A stretch of DNA of 64,000 nt, from sequence record LR745206.1. One strand, 5' to 3'. Numbering within the stretch: position 1 is the first letter of the stretch; the number at the start of each line of letters is the position of its first letter. Below, piece after piece: positions 1-9,485 of the stretch. Position numbers and translations under genes: made by a program. Below the pieces are notes generated by a model, which did no database searches, was not told the DNA's origin, and worked only from the letters and a program-made list of their open reading frames with translations.

Positions 1-1
1 A

Positions 2-247
2 CTATTTTAGTATATCATCTATCTTTTTATCTCTGAGTATTTGATTATAAATGTTAATATCAATTAGATCAGAAACATCACCGCTAAAATTAACTCGTAT
101 TGATTTATAAGGTCGTTTGAATAATTTTGCTAAATTTGGTGAGTTAACAATAAGTTCAACATCCATAAGTTCATAGTTCCATTCATCAAAAGAAACAACA
201 CCCTTTGATTGTAATATAGTCATAACTACATATTTATCAATAATCAT
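2..247 (-). CDS. hypothetical protein, C-tag
   Basis: Ends ILRDKKIDDILK; ATGA overlap with upstream ORF. Confidence 0.7.
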   Translation of the reverse strand: MIIDKYVVMTILQSKGVVSFDEWNYELMDVELIVNSPNLAKLFKRPYKSIRVNFSGDVSDLIDINIYNQILRDKKIDDILK

Positions 248-495
248 AATATTTTTTCTAATTTCATATTTCTATATTCTTGTAGAGAGATTAGTTTATT
301 AAATCCGCCCCTGTAGCTAAATATAAAATGATTTGTTTTATCTATTGGGTTATATATGTTACAAGTTCCTGATTCAGATATATCGGATATAATAAATCCA
401 ACATCCATTGGAAAATGGTAATAATATGATCCACCTTGCTTACCATACTTGGCTTTATGTGGCTCTTTTAGGTAAACTATATCACCATTTTTCAT
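244..495 (-). CDS. hypothetical protein, C-tag
   Basis: Ends YRNMKLEKIL; ATGA-coupled. Confidence 0.75.
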   Translation of the reverse strand: MKNGDIVYLKEPHKAKYGKQGGSYYYHFPMDVGFIISDISESGTCNIYNPIDKTNHFIFSYRGGFNKLISLQEYRNMKLEKIL

Positions 496-917
496 TCCAA
501 TTCCAATTTCATCATCATATTACTCTCTGGATGGAGTATTAGCTCAATATAATCAACATATTCTTGTTTATCATGATATCCAACTAATCTTGCAAATTCC
601 TCTCCTTTGTAAAATATTATAACTGTTGGTACGAATCTAATATTATATACCTCATGTAAATCTTCCTCACTATTTATATCAATATCCATTGTGGTTACAT
701 TGGGATATTCCTTTTTTATTTCTTCTATATAAGGAGCAATCATCTTACACGGTTTGCATCCATCTGCCCAAAAATCAACAAGCACTATATCATTGTTATC
801 TTTAGCTTCTTCGAGTTCTTTACTACCGTAACCAGAGCTAAGAACTGATGCTATTATGTATAAGGATGATATACCTAGTAAAAAAAATGTTATTATTGTT
901 GGTATATTTTTTTTCAT
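492..917 (-). CDS. trxA: thioredoxin with N-terminal membrane anchor
   Basis: VLVDFWADGCKPCKMIAP and IRFVPTVIIF (cis-Pro) motifs; hydrophobic N-terminus; TGA stop. Confidence 0.9.
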   Translation of the reverse strand: MKKNIPTIITFFLLGISSLYIIASVLSSGYGSKELEEAKDNNDIVLVDFWADGCKPCKMIAPYIEEIKKEYPNVTTMDIDINSEEDLHEVYNIRFVPTVIIFYKGEEFARLVGYHDKQEYVDYIELILHPESNMMMKLELE

Positions 918-1213
918 ATTTGATCTATATTTTTTAATATTTGTTTTATCTTTTTATCTCTATCTCTTCTTACTTTCTTATCAACTACTGTGATGCTAGA
1001 AACACCAATAGATTTCCTTATTTTCTTATCTTTACAACGCTGACATCCACACTTCCTATTGGTTCTTAAATCATCATAATAAACAGATAGTTTTGATTTC
1101 GATAAATCAGACACTATAAATTCTTGGTTAGCGCATTTACACGAACCATAACCACTATAAACTTTTTTTATCCCTTTGTGGTTAATAATAAATATATCAC
1201 CAATTTCAGCCAT
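914..1213 (-). CDS. Cys-containing hypothetical protein, C-tag
   Basis: CKC and CGCQRC; RDRDKKIKQILK; TATATTTG 4 nt upstream of ATG. Confidence 0.75.
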   Translation of the reverse strand: MAEIGDIFIINHKGIKKVYSGYGSCKCANQEFIVSDLSKSKLSVYYDDLRTNRKCGCQRCKDKKIRKSIGVSSITVVDKKVRRDRDKKIKQILKNIDQI

Positions 1214-1217
1214 TTTA

Positions 1218-1225
1218 CAAATATA
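1218..1225 (-). promoter_or_regulatory. Bacteroidota-type -7 promoter box (TAnnTTTG); example of ~20 copies
   Basis: TATATTTG with TTG 20 nt upstream; same box heads most minus-strand operons. Confidence 0.7.
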
Positions 1226-1258
1226 AGGAACTTTTTTAGTTATGTCAATATAAATAAT

Positions 1259-1534
1259 ATGTTAAAGAAAATATATTGTCATACTAAACCAGATAAATGT
1301 CCAAGTCAATGGGTTATAAAATCTACCTATTGTGAGGTTGGTAAGTGGTATTATTATCATGAGTATAAAACAGGACCGATGAATAGCTTTGATATAAAAC
1401 TATTTGATGATAGAATGAGTAAGACTATGTTGTGTATGAGAATGAGTGAAATGAGTTTATTCTTTTGGACTAGAGAAGAATATCGTGATATAATGATAGA
1501 TGATATCTTATCTATATCTCATAAATTAGTTTAA
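1259..1534 (+). CDS. hypothetical protein, C-tag
   Basis: Start moved to ATG 1259 (upstream part overlaps an opposite gene); YRDIMIDDILS. Confidence 0.65.
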   Translation: MLKKIYCHTKPDKCPSQWVIKSTYCEVGKWYYYHEYKTGPMNSFDIKLFDDRMSKTMLCMRMSEMSLFFWTREEYRDIMIDDILSISHKLV

Positions 1535-1925
1535 TTAATTTATCAGACATTTTTTGTGGTTGAAAATTAGAATCTATAACAGTAACATCAAACTTATCAT
1601 TCCATAGATCTTTTATATTTATCATTTCCTCTAACTTCTCAGGTGATAATTTATTATTACCATACCCAGGAAAGGTATTAACATCATAAAATCCTTTATT
1701 ATCAATAAAGTAATCACCTACTTTGATAATTATATGTGAGAATTTAATATCATATTCTATTCTAGCTCTAGATCCTTCTAAATAATAGATTTCGCTATCA
1801 ACTCCATATTTATCTTTCAGTGTTTTATGTAAGTGATAGGAGAATGTGCCACAACCACCATAATTAATATTTGGTATTTTATTATCAATAGATTGTATTT
1901 TATATTTCAATTCTTCAATTATCAT
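1512..1925 (-). CDS. hypothetical protein
   Basis: 137-aa ORF coupled to upstream gene; NYGGCG and FSH motifs. Confidence 0.7.
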   Translation of the reverse strand: MIIEELKYKIQSIDNKIPNINYGGCGTFSYHLHKTLKDKYGVDSEIYYLEGSRARIEYDIKFSHIIIKVGDYFIDNKGFYDVNTFPGYGNNKLSPEKLEEMINIKDLWNDKFDVTVIDSNFQPQKMSDKLIKLIYEI

Positions 1926-2254
1926 AGTATTGAATCTATTTTTAGATCTCTAATTTCTTGTTTAGTTATTTCTTTTTTATAGAATAAGAATCGTTTAGTA
2001 TCTTGACCGTATATTTTGTAAGTTAGTGTTGTTAATAATAAGAAATCATCATCTATTAACCCACCAACATTTGTATCAATTATGTACCATTTTCTAAACT
2101 CTTTAATATCCATGTCAGATGTATAGGTGATAGAGAAAAGTTTAGTATCGTAACCACCAACCCAATTATCAAATCCTATGATATCAGCATCAATCGGTAA
2201 AATTATTTCTTGATTAACAAGATTCAATGGATCTGTTGAGTGTATCTTTTTCAT
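1922..2254 (-). CDS. hypothetical protein, C-tag
   Basis: Ends IRDLKIDSIL. Confidence 0.75.
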   Translation of the reverse strand: MKKIHSTDPLNLVNQEIILPIDADIIGFDNWVGGYDTKLFSITYTSDMDIKEFRKWYIIDTNVGGLIDDDFLLLTTLTYKIYGQDTKRFLFYKKEITKQEIRDLKIDSIL

Positions 2255-2571
2255 TTTACTAGTAGATTAACTTTTAAATCTCTTAAAATAATTTTATAGA
2301 AACCTCTAGCTTTTGTTGTGAAAAATTCTTTAGCAGTTGGTTGAATCTCGCACCAAATAGGTTCCGGATATATTTTATACTTGGTATTCAGAAACTTAGT
2401 AAAAGGTATCATATCAGTATCATATTTAGATAGAGTTTCGTTCATACGCTTAAATACCGGAATATCCATAAATGATTCATAACTATAATTCTTTCCAAAA
2501 TCATTATTATTATCATCCATAAGAAAGTCATGTATAGATTGTGTACACTCTAATATTTCTAAATCATTCAT
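2251..2571 (-). CDS. hypothetical protein, C-tag
   Basis: Ends LRDLKVNLLVK. Confidence 0.7.
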   Translation of the reverse strand: MNDLEILECTQSIHDFLMDDNNNDFGKNYSYESFMDIPVFKRMNETLSKYDTDMIPFTKFLNTKYKIYPEPIWCEIQPTAKEFFTTKARGFYKIILRDLKVNLLVK

Positions 2572-2794
2572 TATCTAATATGTTATTTATTCTATTCTCT
2601 CTATATTCTTCTATTGGTATAAAATTTTTAGCATCAAACTTCCTAAACATACCATCATTACATTTAACAATATAAAAAGGTTCGGTTGGTAATAATGTAT
2701 TTGGATCATACATTAATGGTGTCGGATCAGCATCATACTTACCATTAATATCTAAGTGTGGTGGATTATCTGTTAGGCAAATTACTATCATCAA
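2564..2794 (-). CDS. small hypothetical protein, C-tag
   Basis: Ends YRENRINNILDNE. Confidence 0.7.
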   Translation of the reverse strand: MMIVICLTDNPPHLDINGKYDADPTPLMYDPNTLLPTEPFYIVKCNDGMFRKFDAKNFIPIEEYRENRINNILDNE

Positions 2795-3035
2795 GTATCA
2801 ATTTTAAGGATTGAGTTCTTTTATCTTTTATTCTACCTATGACATATAGATAATCATATAGGTGATTATCACACCCACATCCACAGCCGTCACCAGCGTT
2901 TCTTTGTAAAACCTTATCACCAGATATAAATGTTATACATTCTGACCAATCATAACCACCATTAACATAATCCGTATTGTTATTACAATACTTAACATAG
3001 TGTTCAGCTTTCTTTATGGTATTAAATATAATCAT
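2766..3035 (-). CDS. hypothetical protein
   Basis: GCGCGC motif; C-tag-like KRTQSLKLIL. Confidence 0.65.
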   Translation of the reverse strand: MIIFNTIKKAEHYVKYCNNNTDYVNGGYDWSECITFISGDKVLQRNAGDGCGCGCDNHLYDYLYVIGRIKDKRTQSLKLILDDSNLPNR

Positions 3036-3056
3036 AATTATAGTTAAGTTAAAAAA

Positions 3057-3180
3057 GTACCGATTCGTTCACTCAGGATTTGCATCCAGAACTCGCTCGG
3101 TACAAGTGCGAAACAGATAGAGAGGTAAGAATCATATCTGAGTTAACCTTATTCCTACATAAGGTGACTTTGACAAGCCA
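3057..3180 (-). ncRNA. candidate structured RNA / terminator-like multi-hairpin
   Basis: GTACCGA..TCGGTAC stem enclosing GTTC/GAAC and GGAT-GCAA-ATCC, then T6; two more hairpins upstream. Confidence 0.4.
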
Positions 3181-3185
3181 ATATT

Positions 3186-3320
3186 TTAATTTTTATTTCC
3201 ACAAATTTCATCAATATAATCAATTATTGATTCTGATAATTCTTCAAGTTCCTTTTTTGTTAGATTATCATCAGCTTCATTTAAAGCCTCAATTATTTTA
3301 TTCTCAATTATTTCTTTCAT
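3186..3320 (-). CDS. small acidic protein (44 aa)
   Basis: Hand-translated MKEIIENKIIEALNEADD...GNKN*; below track cutoff. Confidence 0.6.
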   Translation of the reverse strand: MKEIIENKIIEALNEADDNLTKKELEELSESIIDYIDEICGNKN

Positions 3321-3337
3321 ATTTTTATTTTATTTTG

Positions 3338-3411
<74 letters not shown>

Positions 3412-3415
3412 ATTT

Positions 3416-3769
3416 TTATTTAAACAAATCTTCTAAAATAGTATCTCTTCTTAATTGTGTAAAATCATCATTGAAATCTTTAATATCAACCCAAGAACTT
3501 TTAACACCATTCATAATAACCTGATATTTATATTCTTGACCTACCTTATTTTGATCTTTATATGTTAAGATTATTTTATTATTATCCTTTTTAAATGTTA
3601 TTGTGAACAATCGTTCCTTAAATACTGATCCCCAAAATGTACCTTTGATATTTAATTGTCTATATCCACATTCTGAATCAATTTTATCCCATCCAGATCT
3701 TTTTAAATATCCTCTTGTTCCTCTATCCTCTGTGTCGAGTATAGTAAATTCCAATTCACCTTCTTCCAT
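3416..3769 (-). CDS. hypothetical protein, C-tag
   Basis: Ends RRDTILEDLFK. Confidence 0.7.
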   Translation of the reverse strand: MEEGELEFTILDTEDRGTRGYLKRSGWDKIDSECGYRQLNIKGTFWGSVFKERLFTITFKKDNNKIILTYKDQNKVGQEYKYQVIMNGVKSSWVDIKDFNDDFTQLRRDTILEDLFK

Positions 3770-3778
3770 ATCCTAATA

Positions 3779-4048
3779 TTATTGTAATTTATATCCACCC
3801 ATATCGAGTTTTCTTAAAAGTCCGTCTCTCCCATCAAGTCTTATAAATGATAGGAAGTATTTTGTATTGTGACTCCAACCATATGACTTACAGTTCTTTG
3901 AGTCTCCGTGAACATACATCCTTACCTCAACAGATCCACTATCCATATCTTCATCAAGATATTTGTCTTTATAAACAGCAATAACTTCTATTCTATGATC
4001 ATTCTTTGTCATAAAAATCTGTCCTGCTTTAAAGTCATGTATATTCAT
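3779..4048 (-). CDS. hypothetical protein
   Basis: Start moved to MNIHDFK; C-tag-like GRDGLLRKL. Confidence 0.65.
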   Translation of the reverse strand: MNIHDFKAGQIFMTKNDHRIEVIAVYKDKYLDEDMDSGSVEVRMYVHGDSKNCKSYGWSHNTKYFLSFIRLDGRDGLLRKLDMGGYKLQ

Positions 4049-4049
4049 A

Positions 4050-4307
4050 TCACTTATATTTCTCAACTTTCTCAATAATATCTTCATACATTTCGAATAA
4101 TTCATCACGACCTTCTAAATCTTCTGGTAGTTGATTGAGATCATTAGCAATATCTTCAATTTCTTCCCATGCTCCTTCACCAATTTCCTTTTCGAAAAAT
4201 TCTTTCTCTGTCATACCAGCCTCCTTGGCTCTCATTGGAATAGTATCTAATGCTTTAGATAAAATTCCCATTGTCATACCCAAAAGGGCTACCATCATAT
4301 CACTCAT
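4050..4307 (-). CDS. acidic hypothetical protein
   Basis: 85 aa; TACATTTG box upstream. Confidence 0.7.
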   Translation of the reverse strand: MSDMMVALLGMTMGILSKALDTIPMRAKEAGMTEKEFFEKEIGEGAWEEIEDIANDLNQLPEDLEGRDELFEMYEDIIEKVEKYK

Positions 4308-4336
4308 ATCATTCTATTTTTACAAATGTAAGGAAA

Positions 4337-4345
4337 TAATATATA
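4337..4345 (+). promoter_or_regulatory. putative phage (late) promoter TAATATATA; example of >=15 copies
   Basis: Lies just upstream of N-tag and T9SS genes; back-to-back with the TAnnTTTG box at 4323-4330. Confidence 0.55.
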
Positions 4346-4351
4346 CAACGT

Positions 4352-5107
4352 ATGAAATATTTAAAATCTTTTAACGAGAATGAATTTACTAAGTTAGCTA
4401 CCCATTTTATGGGTGATATGGATAAGAGCTTAAAGTTCACAGAACCAGCTGATAATGTTAGGTTAAGATTTTGTAATGTTACTTTTCCTGATGGGGTTAA
4501 GATTAGATTTAGAATGCATGAGAATATAAACTCAGATACAGAGACTATAACATTAAGATCGATAGAAGATGGTAGTGTTCAACAAAGACTATCAACTGCT
4601 TATCTAAACCTATATGGTCGTAAGTTACAATTTGATAATTATCAAGCTTTTAGAAGAATTAGGCTTTATATGAATGCTGTTGATTTATTTGATACTGAAT
4701 TTGAGGGATATATTTATGATGCTAATAAATTAGGATTTATTGAGGTGAGTATTGAAATAGATGATTCTAATATAAAGACAGATAACCCATCTAGTTTCAC
4801 TGACAATAGATCCATTCTAGATTCATTGGAGGGTTCATTATCTATATTAGAGAATGATGAATATATTAATGAGTTTAGAAAGAAAAAGAATGAGTTGATA
4901 AGAGACTTCATGGAAGTGTTGGAAAGTATGGGTGGTAACGATATAGTACCATTTGATATTACGTATAATGGTATGAATCTAATTGGGTATCTTTATCTAT
5001 TCACCATCTTAATAGAAGAACATGAGGATGTTCTAAAGGTATTGAAGATGTCTAGGAGGAGATTTAATAGAGAAGAATTAATAGGTATACTTTATGTAAT
5101 AGGATAA
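4352..5107 (+). CDS. hypothetical protein, N-tag
   Basis: Starts MKYLKSFNENEF. Confidence 0.8.
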   Translation: MKYLKSFNENEFTKLATHFMGDMDKSLKFTEPADNVRLRFCNVTFPDGVKIRFRMHENINSDTETITLRSIEDGSVQQRLSTAYLNLYGRKLQFDNYQAFRRIRLYMNAVDLFDTEFEGYIYDANKLGFIEVSIEIDDSNIKTDNPSSFTDNRSILDSLEGSLSILENDEYINEFRKKKNELIRDFMEVLESMGGNDIVPFDITYNGMNLIGYLYLFTILIEEHEDVLKVLKMSRRRFNREELIGILYVIG

Positions 5108-5136
5108 ACTTCATGATTTGTATTTATATAAATTAA

Positions 5137-5544
5137 ATGAAAACATCTCCAAGTAATTTCAAATTACACAAACTAACATATAAGTTAAGTAAATCTGAAT
5201 TAAATAGAGATAATATACAAATAAAATTACCAGATCATATTGAGTCTATTCTATCAGTATCTCCCGTTATATCTAAATGGCAAAAGATTATTCATAGATT
5301 TAGATGGTTGGTTACATCTTCTATGTTTATGATAGTTAGATTTGTTACTAAACTCATATATATTCATCCTGGTCAATATATACCACTAGGTGATATTATT
5401 AAGTTCGATTATAATACCAAGAATAATATACTAACTATGTTTAATGTGACAGCTTATGACAAGGAATATTATACTAAGATTGATATAATGTATATCTCAA
5501 AGAGTGAGGATAGAAATAAGATATTAGAGAAGTTGGGTATTTAA
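5137..5544 (+). CDS. hypothetical protein, C-tag
   Basis: Ends DRNKILEKLGI. Confidence 0.7.
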   Translation: MKTSPSNFKLHKLTYKLSKSELNRDNIQIKLPDHIESILSVSPVISKWQKIIHRFRWLVTSSMFMIVRFVTKLIYIHPGQYIPLGDIIKFDYNTKNNILTMFNVTAYDKEYYTKIDIMYISKSEDRNKILEKLGI

Positions 5545-5787
5545 TATATTATCAATTTTAATATCCCTTGATTCTTCTGGTGTTTCAAAATATTCATCAA
5601 TATCAAACCAACCAGATCCATTTGGATTAATTTCATCTGGTATTAAGAAACACCAATATCTCACACCATCATCCCTAGTTTGTTTTTCTAGTACTTTATA
5701 ATAAACATCCTCAGATATTCTTGGAAACTTTACTCTCGTAAGAGTATCTAACATATAATATGTTTTCTTACATCTTAATTTCATCAT
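5524..5787 (-). CDS. hypothetical protein, C-tag
   Basis: Ends SRDIKIDNILN. Confidence 0.7.
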   Translation of the reverse strand: MMKLRCKKTYYMLDTLTRVKFPRISEDVYYKVLEKQTRDDGVRYWCFLIPDEINPNGSGWFDIDEYFETPEESRDIKIDNILNTQLL

Positions 5788-6196
5788 CCAAAATAGAGTT
5801 TATCTTTTTTTCTCTTAGTTTACTTGGTGAGTTTTCAATAAACCAATCCATATCCATTGGTGTATTTATATCTTCCATTGTTAGTCCATATTCCTTTAAG
5901 AAGGAATAATCACCACTATTTAATGATTTTAATGTTTTTAAAACAGGATTTAGATCTTTACTATATTTTTGTAGGATACTAATATCCATATTATCCATAT
6001 TATCTAGTATCCATAAAATAAGATTAAACATTATTTTATTTCCATGTGATGTTGATATATCTAAATAGTGTTCTATATTGGTGTATATAAAACTATTATC
6101 AGTTTCTTTCGGGATGATTTCCACTTTTTCATTTGGGTCAGGAACCCAACCTTCTTCTGTGAATATCACACCTGGATAATTTTCGTTTGTGTACAT
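5768..6196 (-). CDS. hypothetical protein, C-tag
   Basis: LREKKINSILDD. Confidence 0.7.
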   Translation of the reverse strand: MYTNENYPGVIFTEEGWVPDPNEKVEIIPKETDNSFIYTNIEHYLDISTSHGNKIMFNLILWILDNMDNMDISILQKYSKDLNPVLKTLKSLNSGDYSFLKEYGLTMEDINTPMDMDWFIENSPSKLREKKINSILDDEIKM

Positions 6197-6579
6197 TATA
6201 CTAAAGTTATTTCTACTTTTTTTATTTCAGTGCTATTTTTAATGTATAGAGGATTAAAGTTATTATTACCTCTTGCTCTTTCGGTATATAAACCATCAAA
6301 AAATGATGTGTCAATATCTACTCTATATTTGAATTCATCATGTTTGATTTTATCAAAATTATTATATAATCTAGCACCATTTATGCGATTCTTTGTTGTT
6401 AAATCAAAATAAATATCTTTTTTATTTCTATAATAGAATAATCTCAATAGAATGTCTTTTATATCACCCACTCTGACTTTGAATGGATATTTATGTATTT
6501 CTATTGAATATTTACTATAAGATATAGTATATCCTTCATCTTCCAATTCAAGTAAAATATCTTTGATATCATCATTCAT
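6196..6579 (-). CDS. DIKDILLEL-family protein
   Basis: Start moved to MNDDIKDILLELEDEGY. Confidence 0.7.
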   Translation of the reverse strand: MNDDIKDILLELEDEGYTISYSKYSIEIHKYPFKVRVGDIKDILLRLFYYRNKKDIYFDLTTKNRINGARLYNNFDKIKHDEFKYRVDIDTSFFDGLYTERARGNNNFNPLYIKNSTEIKKVEITLV

Positions 6580-6635
6580 GTTATAAAGGTAATAAAAATC
6601 TACCAAATAAAAAAATATTATTAATATATAAGGTA

Positions 6636-7070
6636 ATGAAATACTTAAAGCTATTTAATGAGAGTAAAGGAACTTTTACTAAGGATGATATAGAGAGGAA
6701 AACTGAGGATATGTTAGATACTTTATTGGAAGTATTTGATAAGTATAACATAGGTTGTTTTGATGATTTAGATTCAGAACAAGCTTGGTGGTATATAAGA
6801 AGTATATGGAAAGATTCACAATACCAAGAAGATATAGAGTATGTTAATGATGGTATAACTATTTTACATTTCAGAGGTAGTGATGAATTATATAAAAATA
6901 TTTATAATGATATAAAAGAGTTGGTTCCAATAATTGAGTCAAGAACAGGATTGGGTGTTAAGCTTATATCTTCGGGTTATAAAATATCAATTGAGTTAAA
7001 ATGGGAAACGGTTGGTAGGAAATTAAAATCATTTTTTACTGGATACACATCAAATACTGGACCTAGATAG
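6636..7070 (+). CDS. hypothetical protein, N-tag
   Basis: MKYLKLFNES; TAATATATA at 6622-6630. Confidence 0.8.
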   Translation: MKYLKLFNESKGTFTKDDIERKTEDMLDTLLEVFDKYNIGCFDDLDSEQAWWYIRSIWKDSQYQEDIEYVNDGITILHFRGSDELYKNIYNDIKELVPIIESRTGLGVKLISSGYKISIELKWETVGRKLKSFFTGYTSNTGPR

Positions 7071-7135
7071 ATTAAATGAATCTATTAGAATTGATTTTGG
7101 AAAATAATATATAGTATATAAAAATTCACTAAATA

Positions 7136-7672
7136 ATGGCAAACAAAATCATTCTAAAGGACAACGGTTTATCAGGACAACCAAACTCACCAACAGGATA
7201 TAAATATCTTGGGTATGATGGTGAGACAATATCTGAAAAAACGGGTGCTACTGTAAGTTCTATTGGTGGTGGTATTTCAATTCTTTCAAAAGCTTTCAAC
7301 TTGGATTCAACAGATATATCAGGATTGGCTAGTCAATATTCTCTTGATTTGGGTATTAATGGTGAAACATTTATTTTAGTATCGATTGTGGTTGATTATA
7401 AAGTAAATGGTGGGGCTGGTATATCATGGGATGGATCTGGTAAATTAAGATTTAATTCAACGAATGGTAATTTTGGATTTGCGGATAATCAAATATTTGA
7501 AGCTAGTAATAGTGGACCTCGTCAAATTAGACTTGCTGATGAAAATGGTGATACACACGGAACGACTATATTAATGGCTGATCAATACTTTTTAGATATG
7601 GATCAAACGATAGGATCTATTGATCCATTAACAACATTGGATGTTACTATCCATTATATTAAATTTAGTTGA
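7136..7672 (+). CDS. hypothetical, possibly virion-associated protein
   Basis: Gly/Ser-rich, beta-type composition; TAATATATA at 7105-7113. Confidence 0.6.
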   Translation: MANKIILKDNGLSGQPNSPTGYKYLGYDGETISEKTGATVSSIGGGISILSKAFNLDSTDISGLASQYSLDLGINGETFILVSIVVDYKVNGGAGISWDGSGKLRFNSTNGNFGFADNQIFEASNSGPRQIRLADENGDTHGTTILMADQYFLDMDQTIGSIDPLTTLDVTIHYIKFS

Positions 7673-8053
7673 TTAGATTCCTAGTTTTTCCAAGCTACGT
7701 TGTCGTTTATCTTCTGTCGTCAATTCATCAAATATTTTTTTCTCATAATCAACTACCAATTCATAATCGAAAGATATATTAGAATTTTTTAACATACTCT
7801 CATATTTTGATAAGAAGAAACAATCTGGTGTACTTTTCTTATAGAAGAATTCTATCTGTTGTGATACAGAACTTCTTGATCCATAATAGGTTAAAGTTCT
7901 TCCTTTATCCTTTATATATGATATAGTTGATCCTTGATATTGTTTGGGTTCACCAGTAGTAAACTTATAAACCCTTTTGTTGAACCATGCTTTCTTGGAT
8001 CTTTGGTATCTACTTTTACCTGTTATTTTTCTTAGTAAATACTCCTTAATCAT
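7673..8053 (-). CDS. hypothetical protein, C-tag
   Basis: Ends KRQRSLEKLGI. Confidence 0.7.
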   Translation of the reverse strand: MIKEYLLRKITGKSRYQRSKKAWFNKRVYKFTTGEPKQYQGSTISYIKDKGRTLTYYGSRSSVSQQIEFFYKKSTPDCFFLSKYESMLKNSNISFDYELVVDYEKKIFDELTTEDKRQRSLEKLGI

Positions 8054-8262
8054 TTCAGTGTGTCTCCTATATTATATTTATCAACATCAGTGAAAGTTTG
8101 CTCACACCCATTAATATCTTGGTAGGTATATTCAACCCAAGAACTGTTAAATGTTTGTTTACCAACGATAATAAAAGGCTTCTCATATTTAGTTGGTTCA
8201 CAACTAGTGAGTAGTGTAAGTGCGAGTATTGATAGTATTATAACTATAATTAATCTTTTCAT
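8050..8262 (-). CDS. putative lipoprotein
   Basis: Basic N-terminus, hydrophobic stretch, lipobox LTSC. Confidence 0.7.
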   Translation of the reverse strand: MKRLIIVIILSILALTLLTSCEPTKYEKPFIIVGKQTFNSSWVEYTYQDINGCEQTFTDVDKYNIGDTLK

Positions 8263-8702
8263 TATACTTTTTTGATTGATATAGATGGAACTCCTACGTT
8301 TTCTAACAAACCTTGTTTGTTAGGTATTTTTAGGAATACATTTTTTCTAGCAGTTTTAGTAACTTCGTATTTCCCAGGGTATCTCTTAGCAAATGCTGGT
8401 GATACAAATTGCACAGTATCTCCACTAACATAAGTATCAGGTACCATTGGGTTATCCCATCCTGGTACAAGTTTATTAAGAAGTTTTGGGTTTAATAGGT
8501 CGTTCATAGCTTCCCCTATTGATGAGGTCTTAGCCTTTGTTTGAACATATTTATCAAGTGCTTCAAAAGCACCCTTCATTTCTACTAGTTGTCCACTTGC
8601 CTTTGCACCATTAAATGATGTGGTGAAGTTACCAACTGGTAATTTAAGGGTTATGTAGTCTCTTTGTGAGTTTATTTTCGGTAGTGAGTTTTTCTTAGCC
8701 AT
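8262..8702 (-). CDS. hypothetical protein
   Basis: Start moved to MAKKNS, 3 nt after TATATTTG. Confidence 0.7.
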   Translation of the reverse strand: MAKKNSLPKINSQRDYITLKLPVGNFTTSFNGAKASGQLVEMKGAFEALDKYVQTKAKTSSIGEAMNDLLNPKLLNKLVPGWDNPMVPDTYVSGDTVQFVSPAFAKRYPGKYEVTKTARKNVFLKIPNKQGLLENVGVPSISIKKV

Positions 8703-8749
8703 ATACAAATATACGGATAAATGATTAATTACCAAAATAAAATTAATGT

Positions 8750-9208
8750 TTAATCCTCACTTATTATTATTCTGATATAGTCAATTGGTGCCTTACCTAT
8801 ATCTAATAAAACACCATCAATATTATTTTTATCCTCTTTGAACTTTTCATAAGTGCAAATTTGACTTTCACTAATAGCTTCTAGTGTTAATGTATATCCA
8901 TTTTCTATCGTATATGATAGAAGATGTTCTATTGAGTCTGATATTGTTCTATTTATAATATATGGTTTTGTTAAATAGTCTCTTGTTACAACTGTGTTAA
9001 CTTCTTCTGTATCATCCAATTTCTCGATATAGATTCGAATATTCTCTCCTTGAACTTCCAATATATCATTATGATCAATATCATGTATTTCCACATAGAA
9101 CCCATCATCTTGTATATCAGCTAATATATCTCTGACATTATCCGAGAATGTTTTATCCGGACTAAAAGTACCAAGAACATCAAATGATTCGAATTTTAGA
9201 ATTTTCAT
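8750..9208 (-). CDS. DIKDILLEL-family protein, N-tag variant
   Basis: MKILKFESF; NVRDILADIQDDGF. Confidence 0.75.
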   Translation of the reverse strand: MKILKFESFDVLGTFSPDKTFSDNVRDILADIQDDGFYVEIHDIDHNDILEVQGENIRIYIEKLDDTEEVNTVVTRDYLTKPYIINRTISDSIEHLLSYTIENGYTLTLEAISESQICTYEKFKEDKNNIDGVLLDIGKAPIDYIRIIISED

Positions 9209-9252
9209 AGGTTATATATTTAATATATAAAATCACAAAATTAGAACACTAT

Positions 9253-9444
9253 ATGAAGTATTTAAGAACATTTGATGAGATAAATGAAAGAAGTTCAACT
9301 AAAGTAAGAACATCTTCTAAAAGAAAATCACCAACTGATAGTGCTACTGATCATAAAGTAGGTACTGAAATGGAAGGTAATGATGGTGAGATGTGGTGTG
9401 TTAAGACCGATAAAAACGGTGTTAAGAGCTGGAAAAGAATTTAA
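9253..9444 (+). CDS. small basic protein, N-tag
   Basis: MKYLRTFDEINE plus RKSPTDSAT..GNDGEMW..NGVKSWK motif. Confidence 0.75.
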   Translation: MKYLRTFDEINERSSTKVRTSSKRKSPTDSATDHKVGTEMEGNDGEMWCVKTDKNGVKSWKRI

Positions 9445-9480
9445 ACAAAAAAAGAGAGTAATATACTCTCTTTTTTGTTT
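9443..9480. terminator. bidirectional intrinsic terminator
   Basis: AAAAAGAGAGTA-ATA-TACTCTCTTTTT between convergent genes. Confidence 0.85.
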
Positions 9481-9485
9481 TCAGA

